A DNA stretch of 64,000 bases. Source: Candidatus Magasanikiibacteriota bacterium (GTDB lineage: Bacteria > Patescibacteriota > Patescibacteriia > Magasanikbacterales > GWA2-37-8). The translations under genes were made by a program, and so were the position numbers. The notes under the pieces are model-generated. The model made no database searches. It was not told the DNA's origin and saw only the letters and a program-made list of their open reading frames with translations. The number at the start of each line of letters is the position of its first letter. Positions within the stretch are counted from its first letter, which is position 1. Of the stretch, positions 37,381-48,710 are shown piece after piece. The stretch lies in the NCBI GenBank assembly GCA_041666265.1, contig JBAYHH010000001.1, forward strand, positions 72,056 through 136,055, read 5' to 3'.

Positions 37381-38541
37381 ATGTCATTATTCTTTCAACC
37401 AAAATCAGGTCTCGGGGTTGATTTGGGCGCGGGCGGGGTCAAGCTTGTCGAGTTGCGTCAGATCAAACATCGTCCGGTATTACAGACATACGGCTATACT
37501 TCCGAGGCGGATAAAAATGCCGTGCAGTTGGATAATTTTTTTCGCGCGGTGACGGCGCAGTCTCTATTGGAGCGCAAAAATACCGAGCGGGTCAGAGTGG
37601 ATAGTGTCTTGGCTGCGGATATGTATTTCAGCGACGCGCAGGTCAAAGAACACGCCGGGATTTTGAAGGCTGTATACAAACAGAGCAAAGCTACCGCCAA
37701 ATCCGCCGTGGTTAGTTTGCCGGCCTCGGCTGTTTTTCACACCCTCGTCACGATTCCCAAGACCGATAAAGAAGAATTCAATTCAATTTTGCGCGCCGAA
37801 GTTAAAAAATTATTGCCAATGTCTCTATCGGACATGATGCTTGATTACCAGATTTTGCCGGGTGCCAAAGAAGACAAAAATCAACGCGTCCTCGTCAATG
37901 CCGTGCCTCGGTCGCTCGTGGTGTTTTATTCCCAAGTATTTAAACGCGCCAATCTCAAGCTCGACGCGCTCGAGCCCGAGTCCACTGCGCTCGCGCGTTC
38001 GCTTGTCGGGCGTGACAATTGCCTCGCTATGATTGTGGACATTGGCGCTGAGCGCACGAATTTTTTTATCGTGGATCAAGGAGTGCCCGTGACTCATCAT
38101 AGCTTAGAGATCGGCGGTACTCGTTTCGGCGCGATTTTACGCGATACTCTCGGTATTGATGAAAATTTGGTCGAACAAGTGAAATATGATTTGTCGGTCT
38201 ATGTGGAGCAGTTGAGCGATCAGCTATCTTCATCCGCCGATTTTTTAAAGATTTTTATGCCGGTAGTGGAGCCTATTACCAAAGAGATCCGATATGGTTT
38301 TGATTTGTATCTGCATCAGATGGTCAATGAGGGTAAACGACCGGAAAAAATTATTTTGACCGGCGGCGGGTCTCTTTTGCCATACTTATCCGAGTATTTC
38401 GCAGATCAATTTAAAATAAAATGCTATGTTGGCGATCCGTGGGCGCGCGTGATTTATCAAGATGGCCTGCGTCCGCTTTTGAGCAAGATTGGCCCGCGCC
38501 TGTCGTCATCTATTGGACTGGCTTTGCGCGATATGGTATAA
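37381..38541 (+). CDS. pilM: Type IV pilus assembly protein PilM
   Basis: GVDLG..GVKLVEL, VDIGAERT, LTGGGS, IGLALR. Confidence 0.88.
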   Translation: MSLFFQPKSGLGVDLGAGGVKLVELRQIKHRPVLQTYGYTSEADKNAVQLDNFFRAVTAQSLLERKNTERVRVDSVLAADMYFSDAQVKEHAGILKAVYKQSKATAKSAVVSLPASAVFHTLVTIPKTDKEEFNSILRAEVKKLLPMSLSDMMLDYQILPGAKEDKNQRVLVNAVPRSLVVFYSQVFKRANLKLDALEPESTALARSLVGRDNCLAMIVDIGAERTNFFIVDQGVPVTHHSLEIGGTRFGAILRDTLGIDENLVEQVKYDLSVYVEQLSDQLSSSADFLKIFMPVVEPITKEIRYGFDLYLHQMVNEGKRPEKIILTGGGSLLPYLSEYFADQFKIKCYVGDPWARVIYQDGLRPLLSKIGPRLSSSIGLALRDMV

Positions 38542-38589
38542 TTATTCTTAAGGGAAAAAGGGGTCCCGCTTTTTTAGAGTAAATACATT

Positions 38590-38976
38590 ATGACGAATAA
38601 TAGCGACACAACCGTATTGATAGTTGAGGATGATGTTTTTCTTTCTCAAATTTATCAAAAAAAGTTTGAGATAGAAGGGTTTAAATTGGTTACCGCCGAC
38701 AATGGCGAGAAAGCTTTTACCGAGGCCAAAAAGAAAAAACCGGATATTATTTTGTTGGATATTCTTTTGCCCAAGATGGACGGATTCGCGGTTTTGGAAA
38801 AAATAAAAAACGATCGCGAAATTCAGAATATTCCGGTGATACTTTTGACCAATCTCGGGCAAAAAGAAGATGTGGACAAGGGGCTTGAGGTGGGCGCGGC
38901 CGACTATCTCATCAAAGCGCATGTCAAACCCTCGGAAGTGGTGGATAGAGTGCGAAAGATTCTGAATTTAAAATAG
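38590..38976 (+). CDS. Single-domain response regulator
   Basis: VEDD, LLDILLPKMDG, LLT, DYLIK. Confidence 0.9.
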   Translation: MTNNSDTTVLIVEDDVFLSQIYQKKFEIEGFKLVTADNGEKAFTEAKKKKPDIILLDILLPKMDGFAVLEKIKNDREIQNIPVILLTNLGQKEDVDKGLEVGAADYLIKAHVKPSEVVDRVRKILNLK

Positions 38977-39042
38977 TAATAATCGTATAAGGTTGCGCAA
39001 GCAACAATACATTATGCAAAAATTTCGAAAGGGGGTGAGAAT

Positions 39043-39465
39043 ATGAATAAGAAAGGTTTTACTTTAATCGAATTATTGGTGGTCATCGCCATTATCGGTT
39101 TGTTGTCCACTCTTGCTGTGGTCGCTTTGGGACAAGCGCGCTTAAAGGCTCGTGATTCCAAAAGACTCGCCGATCTCAAGCAAGTCCAAACCGCTTTGGA
39201 GCTATATTACACGGATAACAATGCTTATCCGACTGGTTCCGGGCTGTCTTTGGGTGTGGACGCTGGTGCTAAATGCTTGGACAATGAAGGGTTCGATGCC
39301 ACTTGTGGCGCGAATGCTTATATGGGCCTGGTTCCGAAAGATCCGTCCACCGGCACCTATATCTATACTGCCGCTTCCAGCTCATACTCAGTAGTTGCCG
39401 CTCTCGAGGGCAATGTCAATGGTTTGGATGGCGCTATCACCTTATCTCCGGCCGGAATTCAATAA
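39043..39465 (+). CDS. Type IV pilin / GspG-like prepilin
   Basis: KKGFTLIELLVVIAIIGLL; ARDSKR; PKDP; strong SD AAAGGGGGTG suggests a major pilin. Confidence 0.92.
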   Translation: MNKKGFTLIELLVVIAIIGLLSTLAVVALGQARLKARDSKRLADLKQVQTALELYYTDNNAYPTGSGLSLGVDAGAKCLDNEGFDATCGANAYMGLVPKDPSTGTYIYTAASSSYSVVAALEGNVNGLDGAITLSPAGIQ

Positions 39466-39590
39466 TTATATTTCGGGAAACCACTTCACTCCGAGAATTC
39501 GGGACTGGAGTGGTTTTTGTTTTTAGGTATTTGAAATATTAGTAAATATTTGATATAATAAGCGGGTATCATATACTCAATTTTCAAAAT

Positions 39591-42881
<3,291 letters not shown>

Positions 42882-42892
42882 AATAAAGCCTA

Positions 42893-42921
42893 TTGACAAA
42901 ATATCGTGTTTTTGCTATACT
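42893..42921 (+). promoter_or_regulatory. rplU promoter
   Basis: TTGACA-17-TATACT. Confidence 0.8.
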
Positions 42922-42987
42922 TAGACCACTATTTGAAATTCCGCGGAGTTTATCTTAGACCGTGGATGCGTAATTAATTAAAATTTT

Positions 42988-43293
42988 ATGTTCGCAGTAA
43001 TTGCTACCGGTGGTAAACAATATTTAGTGAAATCCGGCGATACTCTCAAAGTTGAAAAATTGGCTGTGAGTGAAGGTGAGAAATTCGCTTTTGACCAGGT
43101 TTTGATGACCGCCAAAGACGACGGTTCTGATGCCAAAGTCGGCACGCCGTATTTAGCGGGTGTAAAAGTGGAAGCCACTATCGTCAAACAAGGAAAAAAC
43201 CGCACCTTACTGGTAGAAAAATTCAAAAATAAAATTCGTTATCACAAAGCTCATGGCCAGCGCCAGAGATTTACGGAAGTGAAGATCGCTTAG
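42988..43293 (+). CDS. rplU: 50S ribosomal protein L21
   Basis: MFAVIATGGKQY, GQRQRFT. Confidence 0.97.
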   Translation: MFAVIATGGKQYLVKSGDTLKVEKLAVSEGEKFAFDQVLMTAKDDGSDAKVGTPYLAGVKVEATIVKQGKNRTLLVEKFKNKIRYHKAHGQRQRFTEVKIA

Positions 43294-43297
43294 TTAT

Positions 43298-43357
43298 AAA
43301 ATAAAAAAACGGAGTAGAATACAATGAAAAAAATATTCTACTCCGTTTTTTTATTTT
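43298..43357. terminator. Bidirectional terminator between rplU and recR
   Basis: 24-bp perfect inverted repeat AAAATAAAAAAACGGAGTAGAATA with 12-nt loop. Confidence 0.85.
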
Positions 43358-43953
43358 CGGTTTTTGAGCGCGGAAGCGAGGGTGATCTCGTCGGCGTATT
43401 GGAGATCGGATCCCATCGGCAGTCCGCGGGCGAGGCGAGTGACAATAATTTTTGGATTGATTTTTTTGATCGTTTTTTCCAGATACATCGCGGTGGTTTC
43501 ACCGGGTAAATCCGGATTAAGAGCCAAGATGATTTCTTGAATAGTTGTTTTGGCGCTCGGATGCGCGCGTTTGAGCAGCTCGCGAATTTTTGTTTTTAAA
43601 AAATTTTCTTCATCGGCGATCTCAATCACTCCGCGGAGCACATGATAAACTCCGCGATGAGCGCCGGATTTTTCTATCGCCGGCACATCTTGGGGATCAG
43701 CGACTACACAAACGATAGTGTGGTCGCGCTTCGAGTCTTTGCAAGTATGACAAGGCGATGTATCCGCGAAATTCCAACAAATTTCACAACTTTTGGTATT
43801 TTTGAGCAATTCATCCAAGGCGGATTTTAATTCATTGACTTCACCCTTGCCGCCTTTGAGCAAACTAAAGACATACCGTTCAGCAGTGCGTTCGCCAACC
43901 GATGGTAGTTTTTTTAGGGCGTGGATGAGGTTGGTGATTGTCCGGGAGTACAT
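43351..43953 (-). CDS. recR: Recombination protein RecR
   Basis: LPSVGERTAER, C4 zinc finger, TRLARGLPMG. Confidence 0.95.
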   Translation of the reverse strand: MYSRTITNLIHALKKLPSVGERTAERYVFSLLKGGKGEVNELKSALDELLKNTKSCEICWNFADTSPCHTCKDSKRDHTIVCVVADPQDVPAIEKSGAHRGVYHVLRGVIEIADEENFLKTKIRELLKRAHPSAKTTIQEIILALNPDLPGETTAMYLEKTIKKINPKIIVTRLARGLPMGSDLQYADEITLASALKNRK

Positions 43954-43960
43954 AGTTATC

Positions 43961-44039
43961 GATTTTAAATAAGATAATTCTTCGACGCAGTGAATTTTTC
44001 GAAAAATTCAAGCGTCTCAGAACTATCTTATTTAAAATC
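43961..44039. repeat. 79-bp imperfect palindrome
   Basis: GATTTTAAATAAGATA...GACGC..TGAATTTTT-CG-AAAAATTCA.GCGTC...TATCTTATTTAAAATC. Confidence 0.85.
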
Positions 44040-44043
44040 TCAA

Positions 44044-44358
44044 TTATTTCATCCCCGGCAGTCCCAATCCTTCCAACCCGCCCATTTCCTGCATCTTGCT
44101 CGCCATCACGCGTTGAATTTTTTTGATTGCGTCCGCGTGCGCGTCTTTAATGGCTGTTTGAAGTTTTTCTTTTTTGGTCGGATTGAGCAAATCATCAGCG
44201 ATCGATAATCCGGTAATCGACATGTTGCCATCCATGGTTAAGACCACGCTGTCGCCGGCCGCACGCACAGTTACCGACTCTTTAGACATTACACCCTGGA
44301 TTTTTTTTCCTTGTTCGCGTAAATCTTTAAACTGTTTTAGTTTGTTGAGTAATGACAT
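44044..44358 (-). CDS. ybaB: YbaB/EbfC nucleoid-associated protein
   Basis: Size, motif pattern and position upstream of recR. Confidence 0.88.
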   Translation of the reverse strand: MSLLNKLKQFKDLREQGKKIQGVMSKESVTVRAAGDSVVLTMDGNMSITGLSIADDLLNPTKKEKLQTAIKDAHADAIKKIQRVMASKMQEMGGLEGLGLPGMK

Positions 44359-44393
44359 AAAATACGATTATGATTAAAATTTTTTAAGAATTA

Positions 44394-45881
44394 TTAATAA
44401 ACCGGATCGGGCGCGCTCGCGGTGGCGGAATAATTCGGTTTAGTAAAAGCGGATTTGGGCTTGAGCGCGGGTGCGACCGGAGCGCTGGCTGTGGGAGTAG
44501 GAGTGTGAAATTGTTTATCCATACTGCGAAAACTGGTGGTCGGTTCGTTAAAAATCAATTTTACCAAACCGGTTGGTCCGTTGCGGTGTTTGGCGATGTG
44601 AATTTCCGCCAAAAAGCGTTCATCGGGCGGAATATCTTCGACGCGGTAATTGCGATCGGCTGATTTACGGTAGATAAATAATACCACATCCGCGTCTTGT
44701 TCGATAGACCCCGACTCGCGCAAGTGAGATAATTTCGGAATGGCCGGTTTGCTCTGCTCGACCGCGCGCGATAGCTGTGACAAGGCGAGCACGGGCACAT
44801 TAAGCTCGCGCGCGATGCCTTTTAGTCCGCGCGTGATTTCCGCGACCTCTTGCACGCGATTTTCCTCCTTATTTTTTCCGCGCGATTCCATCAGCTGTAA
44901 ATAATCGATTACGATTAGTCCGAGCCCATGCTCCATTTGCAGGCGACGCGCTTTAGTGCGTATTTGCATGACATTGACATTGGGGGTGTCGTCGATAAAA
45001 ATCGGCGCTTCCGACAGTGTGCCCATCGCGTGGCCGATGCGGGGAAAATCGTCGGATTCAGGTCGATCAGAAAGCCGACCGGTGCGCATGCGCCACAGAT
45101 CGATGCCGGCTTCGGCGCAAAGTAATTTATCCACCAATTGTTCTTTGCTCATTTCCAGTGAAAACATACCCACCGCCTTTTTTTGTTTGGTGCCGACATG
45201 GCGCACGATATCGAGCGCGAGCGAGGTTTTGCCCACACTGGGACGAGCCGCCAAAATCACCAAATCGGATTTTTGCAATCCGGCGAGCAAATTATCGAGA
45301 TCGGTAAAACCGGTCGGCACGCCTCGTAATTGACCTTTATTGCGATGCAGTTCGTCGATTCGGTCGAAAGCATCGGCCAAAACACTGCGAATGGGCGCGA
45401 ACGCCTGTTTCATAAAAACCTGCGACACGCCAAAAATTTGTTTCTGGGCGTCGTCTAACACTTTTTCCACATCGCCGTCGTCCTCTTGAAAGCTCAATCG
45501 AGTAATTTCTTGCGAAGCGGCGAGCAGGCGTCGGCGCGTGGCCTTGCGGTGCACGATTTCGGCATAGTGCACAGCATTGCTTGAGGTCGCGACCACATTG
45601 GTGAGAGTGGCGAGGTAAGTGCGCCCGCCCACTGATTCGAGGATTCCTTTTTCTTCGAGGCGATTGGATAAAGTCAATAAATCAATCGGTTCGTTTTTCG
45701 CGTAAAGCTCGACAATCACTTCGTAAATGCGGCGATGACCGTCTTTGTAAAAATCTTCCGGACCGACAATATCTGATACGCGCAACATGGTGTCTTTGTC
45801 AATCAAAATAGAGCCTAAAAGGGACATTTCGGCTTCGATATTTTGGGGAGGAATCCGTTCGAGATTGGTGATATCAGACAT
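44394..45881 (-). CDS. dnaB: Replicative DNA helicase
   Basis: PPQNIEAE, ARPSVGKT, IDYLQL, LRESGSIEQDAD. Confidence 0.96.
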   Translation of the reverse strand: MSDITNLERIPPQNIEAEMSLLGSILIDKDTMLRVSDIVGPEDFYKDGHRRIYEVIVELYAKNEPIDLLTLSNRLEEKGILESVGGRTYLATLTNVVATSSNAVHYAEIVHRKATRRRLLAASQEITRLSFQEDDGDVEKVLDDAQKQIFGVSQVFMKQAFAPIRSVLADAFDRIDELHRNKGQLRGVPTGFTDLDNLLAGLQKSDLVILAARPSVGKTSLALDIVRHVGTKQKKAVGMFSLEMSKEQLVDKLLCAEAGIDLWRMRTGRLSDRPESDDFPRIGHAMGTLSEAPIFIDDTPNVNVMQIRTKARRLQMEHGLGLIVIDYLQLMESRGKNKEENRVQEVAEITRGLKGIARELNVPVLALSQLSRAVEQSKPAIPKLSHLRESGSIEQDADVVLFIYRKSADRNYRVEDIPPDERFLAEIHIAKHRNGPTGLVKLIFNEPTTSFRSMDKQFHTPTPTASAPVAPALKPKSAFTKPNYSATASAPDPVY

Positions 45882-45970
45882 ATGACTACATCATATCTAA
45901 TTACTCGTAACCCCGCAAGCGGGGAGGTGTGAGCAATTTGGGGAGAGAGTGTGAGGAATTATAATGGGTA

Positions 45971-46067
45971 GGCCAAGCTGATATTTAATTGAGCGGGTTA
46001 TGGTCCCGCAGGACCATCCCCGAGCGCTCGCGCGCGAGGAAAGTGAATGAGTATGTCAATTTTGGCT
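45971..46067 (+). ncRNA. Candidate structured RNA upstream of tRNA-Pro
   Basis: TATAAT at 45960; 5'/3' basal stem with two inner hairpins; -35 is weak. Confidence 0.35.
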
Positions 46068-46124
46068 AAAAGAAGTCGAAGCTCTTGAAAATATATCATG
46101 GACATGATAGGATGATGTGGCAAT

Positions 46125-46200
46125 CGGGCTGTAGCTCAGTTGGTAGAGCGCGTGCATGGGGTGCATGAGGCCGCAGGTTCAAGTCCTGTCAGCCCGACCA
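46125..46200 (+). tRNA. tRNA-Pro(GGG)
   Basis: CGGGCTG...CAGCCCG-ACCA; loop ATGGGGT. Confidence 0.95.
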
Positions 46201-46205
46201 AGGTT

Positions 46206-48272
46206 ATGCTTTCAACCATCAAAATATTATCAAATTTGTCCGCTCGACGATTTTTGGTTAAATTTTTTAATTTTGAAGACAATGGCCGGACCGGTTGGCT
46301 GGGGATTTTGCTAATATTATCACTATCGTCTTTTGTTTTGGGGGCGATTAGCGTGTTTTATAAATTAACCGCGGGAGCGATCACCGGCGGTTTTATTTTT
46401 GTCGGTATATTGTTGGTCGGCTTAAATATTTGGTCGCGTCATTTGAAATGGGCGCCGACTAATAATAATACTGTCAATCAAAATTTCGCCATGCGTCCAC
46501 CCGGGTTTTTGTTGGCTATTATTTTATTTTTGCTCATAATGGTCGGCCTGTATTTATTACATCGATCCGAAACGACTTTGCCAATATTATCACCATGGCA
46601 GGAGATTACCCCCTCATATATATATGTATTTTTCGGGGCGACTGTTATCGCGGGTTTTTTGATTTTTACGCGATTAAGCGTTAAAACACTTTTGGTTTTA
46701 CTGGCCGGATATTTATTTTTACAGCACAGTTATTTACCCCTGTCTCATCAATTGTTTTATGGTGCCGACCAGTGGCGTCATCTGGCCACCGAGGTGCGCA
46801 TGGTTAGAGAGTTACCGATTGAGATTGCTTCGCCCGATGTGACCAAGCCGTTATTTTTGACTACTGCCCCGGGAAATGTTTTTTATAGTAATTTTTGGGC
46901 CGTGAGCGCGGTATTGGTTCGGGTTTTCAATTTTGATTTGATCAGTATAGTAAAATGGTTCATGCCGATAGTATGGTCACTATTTATTCCGGTTTTATTA
47001 TTTGAGCTGGGGCGCGCGCTAAATTTTACCAAAAAAGAATCATTGTTTTTAGTCTGGCTTTCGGCGTTGCCGTTTGCTTTACAATTTGCCGGAGCAGTGA
47101 CTGTGCCCAATAGTTTCGGATTGGTAATCTGGTTATTTTTTGTTTTGGCGATGATAAAAATAGGCGATAGATGGCGTTGGCAACAGTTGACTGTATTAGC
47201 GGCGACAGGGATCGCTTCAATTTTTGGTTACGGATTGTATGTGCTGTTGTATTGGGTCGGGCTATCGGTGTTCATGATTTTGACCGGGCGGGTCGATGTA
47301 TTGCAAAAATTTAATTCGGCCAAAAAAGGGATTTTAATGGCTTTGGTGGCGGTGTCAATTCCGGCAGTTGAAATAATTGTTAAATACAGTAATTGGCCGA
47401 AGGATATCAATATTTTAGCGTCGGTCAAACAATTCATCGGTAATCTGCTCGGATGGTATCTGTCAACCGGACCGCGTCCGCACGATATCACCGGTGGTAA
47501 TATAATTTTCAATCAAATTCCCGTTTCATCTTTTACTTCCAATATATTTACCCATAATTTATGGTGGGTAGTGGTATTTATGGTTTGTATGTGGGCGGTA
47601 ATCGCGTTCGGCTGGATCAAAACTTGGCGCGCCAAAAATGTGGCCGAAAATTGGATAGCGATTATGTCAGTCGGAGTTTTGGGCGCTTATTTTATCGGCC
47701 GATATATTTTGGTCGGCGCCTCGATCATCAGTCGTCGTTTGGACGGCGTGTTGGCGATATTTTTGATAGTTTTATTATTATTTGGCATCAAAGAAATCGT
47801 TCGAGTATTTTCTGATAAATTTACCAGTCAATCAATCAGGGGAGTAGTAGTTTTTTCAACCACCATCATATTTTCTGTGGCTATCACTGCCTCATATAGT
47901 CTTGGTCCGGATTTGCCATCGGTCGGCGTAGATCAATATAATGCCGCCAAATATGTTTGGGAAGAGGGTGGGCGATGTGTGATCGCCGATCCGTATACGC
48001 TCTTACCGCTTGAATATTATTCTCAAAAACAAGTGGTGGGCGGGGGTTTTCCGATGGAGCAGTATTTCGGTCAACCGCAACTGTTGGAATTACTATCTGA
48101 AATGAAGGCTGACCCCGATCCAAGTGTTTGGGACAAAGCGCGCGCTCTTACCGGTGTTGATCGCTGTTTTTTTGTTGCCAACACCAAAGAAATTCATTAT
48201 AATGATTATACCTATAAAGAAGGTGGCCGCTGGAAAATTTTTGGCGATATAATAGTTTGGCGAAGTAATTAA
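46206..48272 (+). CDS. Large polytopic membrane protein (possibly GT-C-like)
   Basis: Many TM segments; loop motif GADQWRH; start moved to ATG 46206 because the ORF-track start lies inside the tRNA. Confidence 0.6.
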   Translation: MLSTIKILSNLSARRFLVKFFNFEDNGRTGWLGILLILSLSSFVLGAISVFYKLTAGAITGGFIFVGILLVGLNIWSRHLKWAPTNNNTVNQNFAMRPPGFLLAIILFLLIMVGLYLLHRSETTLPILSPWQEITPSYIYVFFGATVIAGFLIFTRLSVKTLLVLLAGYLFLQHSYLPLSHQLFYGADQWRHLATEVRMVRELPIEIASPDVTKPLFLTTAPGNVFYSNFWAVSAVLVRVFNFDLISIVKWFMPIVWSLFIPVLLFELGRALNFTKKESLFLVWLSALPFALQFAGAVTVPNSFGLVIWLFFVLAMIKIGDRWRWQQLTVLAATGIASIFGYGLYVLLYWVGLSVFMILTGRVDVLQKFNSAKKGILMALVAVSIPAVEIIVKYSNWPKDINILASVKQFIGNLLGWYLSTGPRPHDITGGNIIFNQIPVSSFTSNIFTHNLWWVVVFMVCMWAVIAFGWIKTWRAKNVAENWIAIMSVGVLGAYFIGRYILVGASIISRRLDGVLAIFLIVLLLFGIKEIVRVFSDKFTSQSIRGVVVFSTTIIFSVAITASYSLGPDLPSVGVDQYNAAKYVWEEGGRCVIADPYTLLPLEYYSQKQVVGGGFPMEQYFGQPQLLELLSEMKADPDPSVWDKARALTGVDRCFFVANTKEIHYNDYTYKEGGRWKIFGDIIVWRSN

Positions 48273-48291
48273 TTTTTTAAAATTAAATTTT

Positions 48292-48693
48292 ATGGATTGC
48301 CTATTTTGTAAAATCATCGCCGGTGAAATTCCGTGCCATAAAGTTTTTGAAAATGAAAGCGTGTTGGCCTTTTTGGATATCCACCCTTGTTCGAAGGGTC
48401 ACACCGTAGTGATCCCCAAAAATCACGCCAAAAATATCGAAGAAATTTCGAGTGATGATTGGCAAAAATTAGCCGTGGGATTAAAAATCGCGGTCGCGCG
48501 GGTGCAGGAAGTTTTGAAACCGGCTGGTATGAATATTGGATTGAATAACAATGAAGTTGCGGGACAAGCGGTTCCGCATATTCACTATCATATTATTCCG
48601 CGCTACGATGGCGATGGGGGAGGAAGTATGCATTCCATCGTGCGCGCGCCCGTCTTTCCGCCAGTATCCGATGTGGCCAAGCTGTTTGAATAG
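48292..48693 (+). CDS. HIT-family nucleotide hydrolase
   Basis: CLFCKI, HIHYHIIPR. Confidence 0.93.
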   Translation: MDCLFCKIIAGEIPCHKVFENESVLAFLDIHPCSKGHTVVIPKNHAKNIEEISSDDWQKLAVGLKIAVARVQEVLKPAGMNIGLNNNEVAGQAVPHIHYHIIPRYDGDGGGSMHSIVRAPVFPPVSDVAKLFE

Positions 48694-48710
48694 TGGTATA
48701 ATATACCCAT

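Noticed and set aside
45978-46043. CTGATA...GAAA as a hammerhead ribozyme core
   Set aside because: Does not match CUGANGA and the stems are not arranged correctly
46036-46045. GAGGAAAGT resembling the RNase P RNA CR-I motif
   Set aside because: Not followed by CC, and only about 80 nt remain before tRNA-Pro, far too short for RNase P RNA
46140-46205. ORF-track start of the 710-aa membrane protein
   Set aside because: Lies within tRNA-Pro; ATG at 46206 is the plausible start
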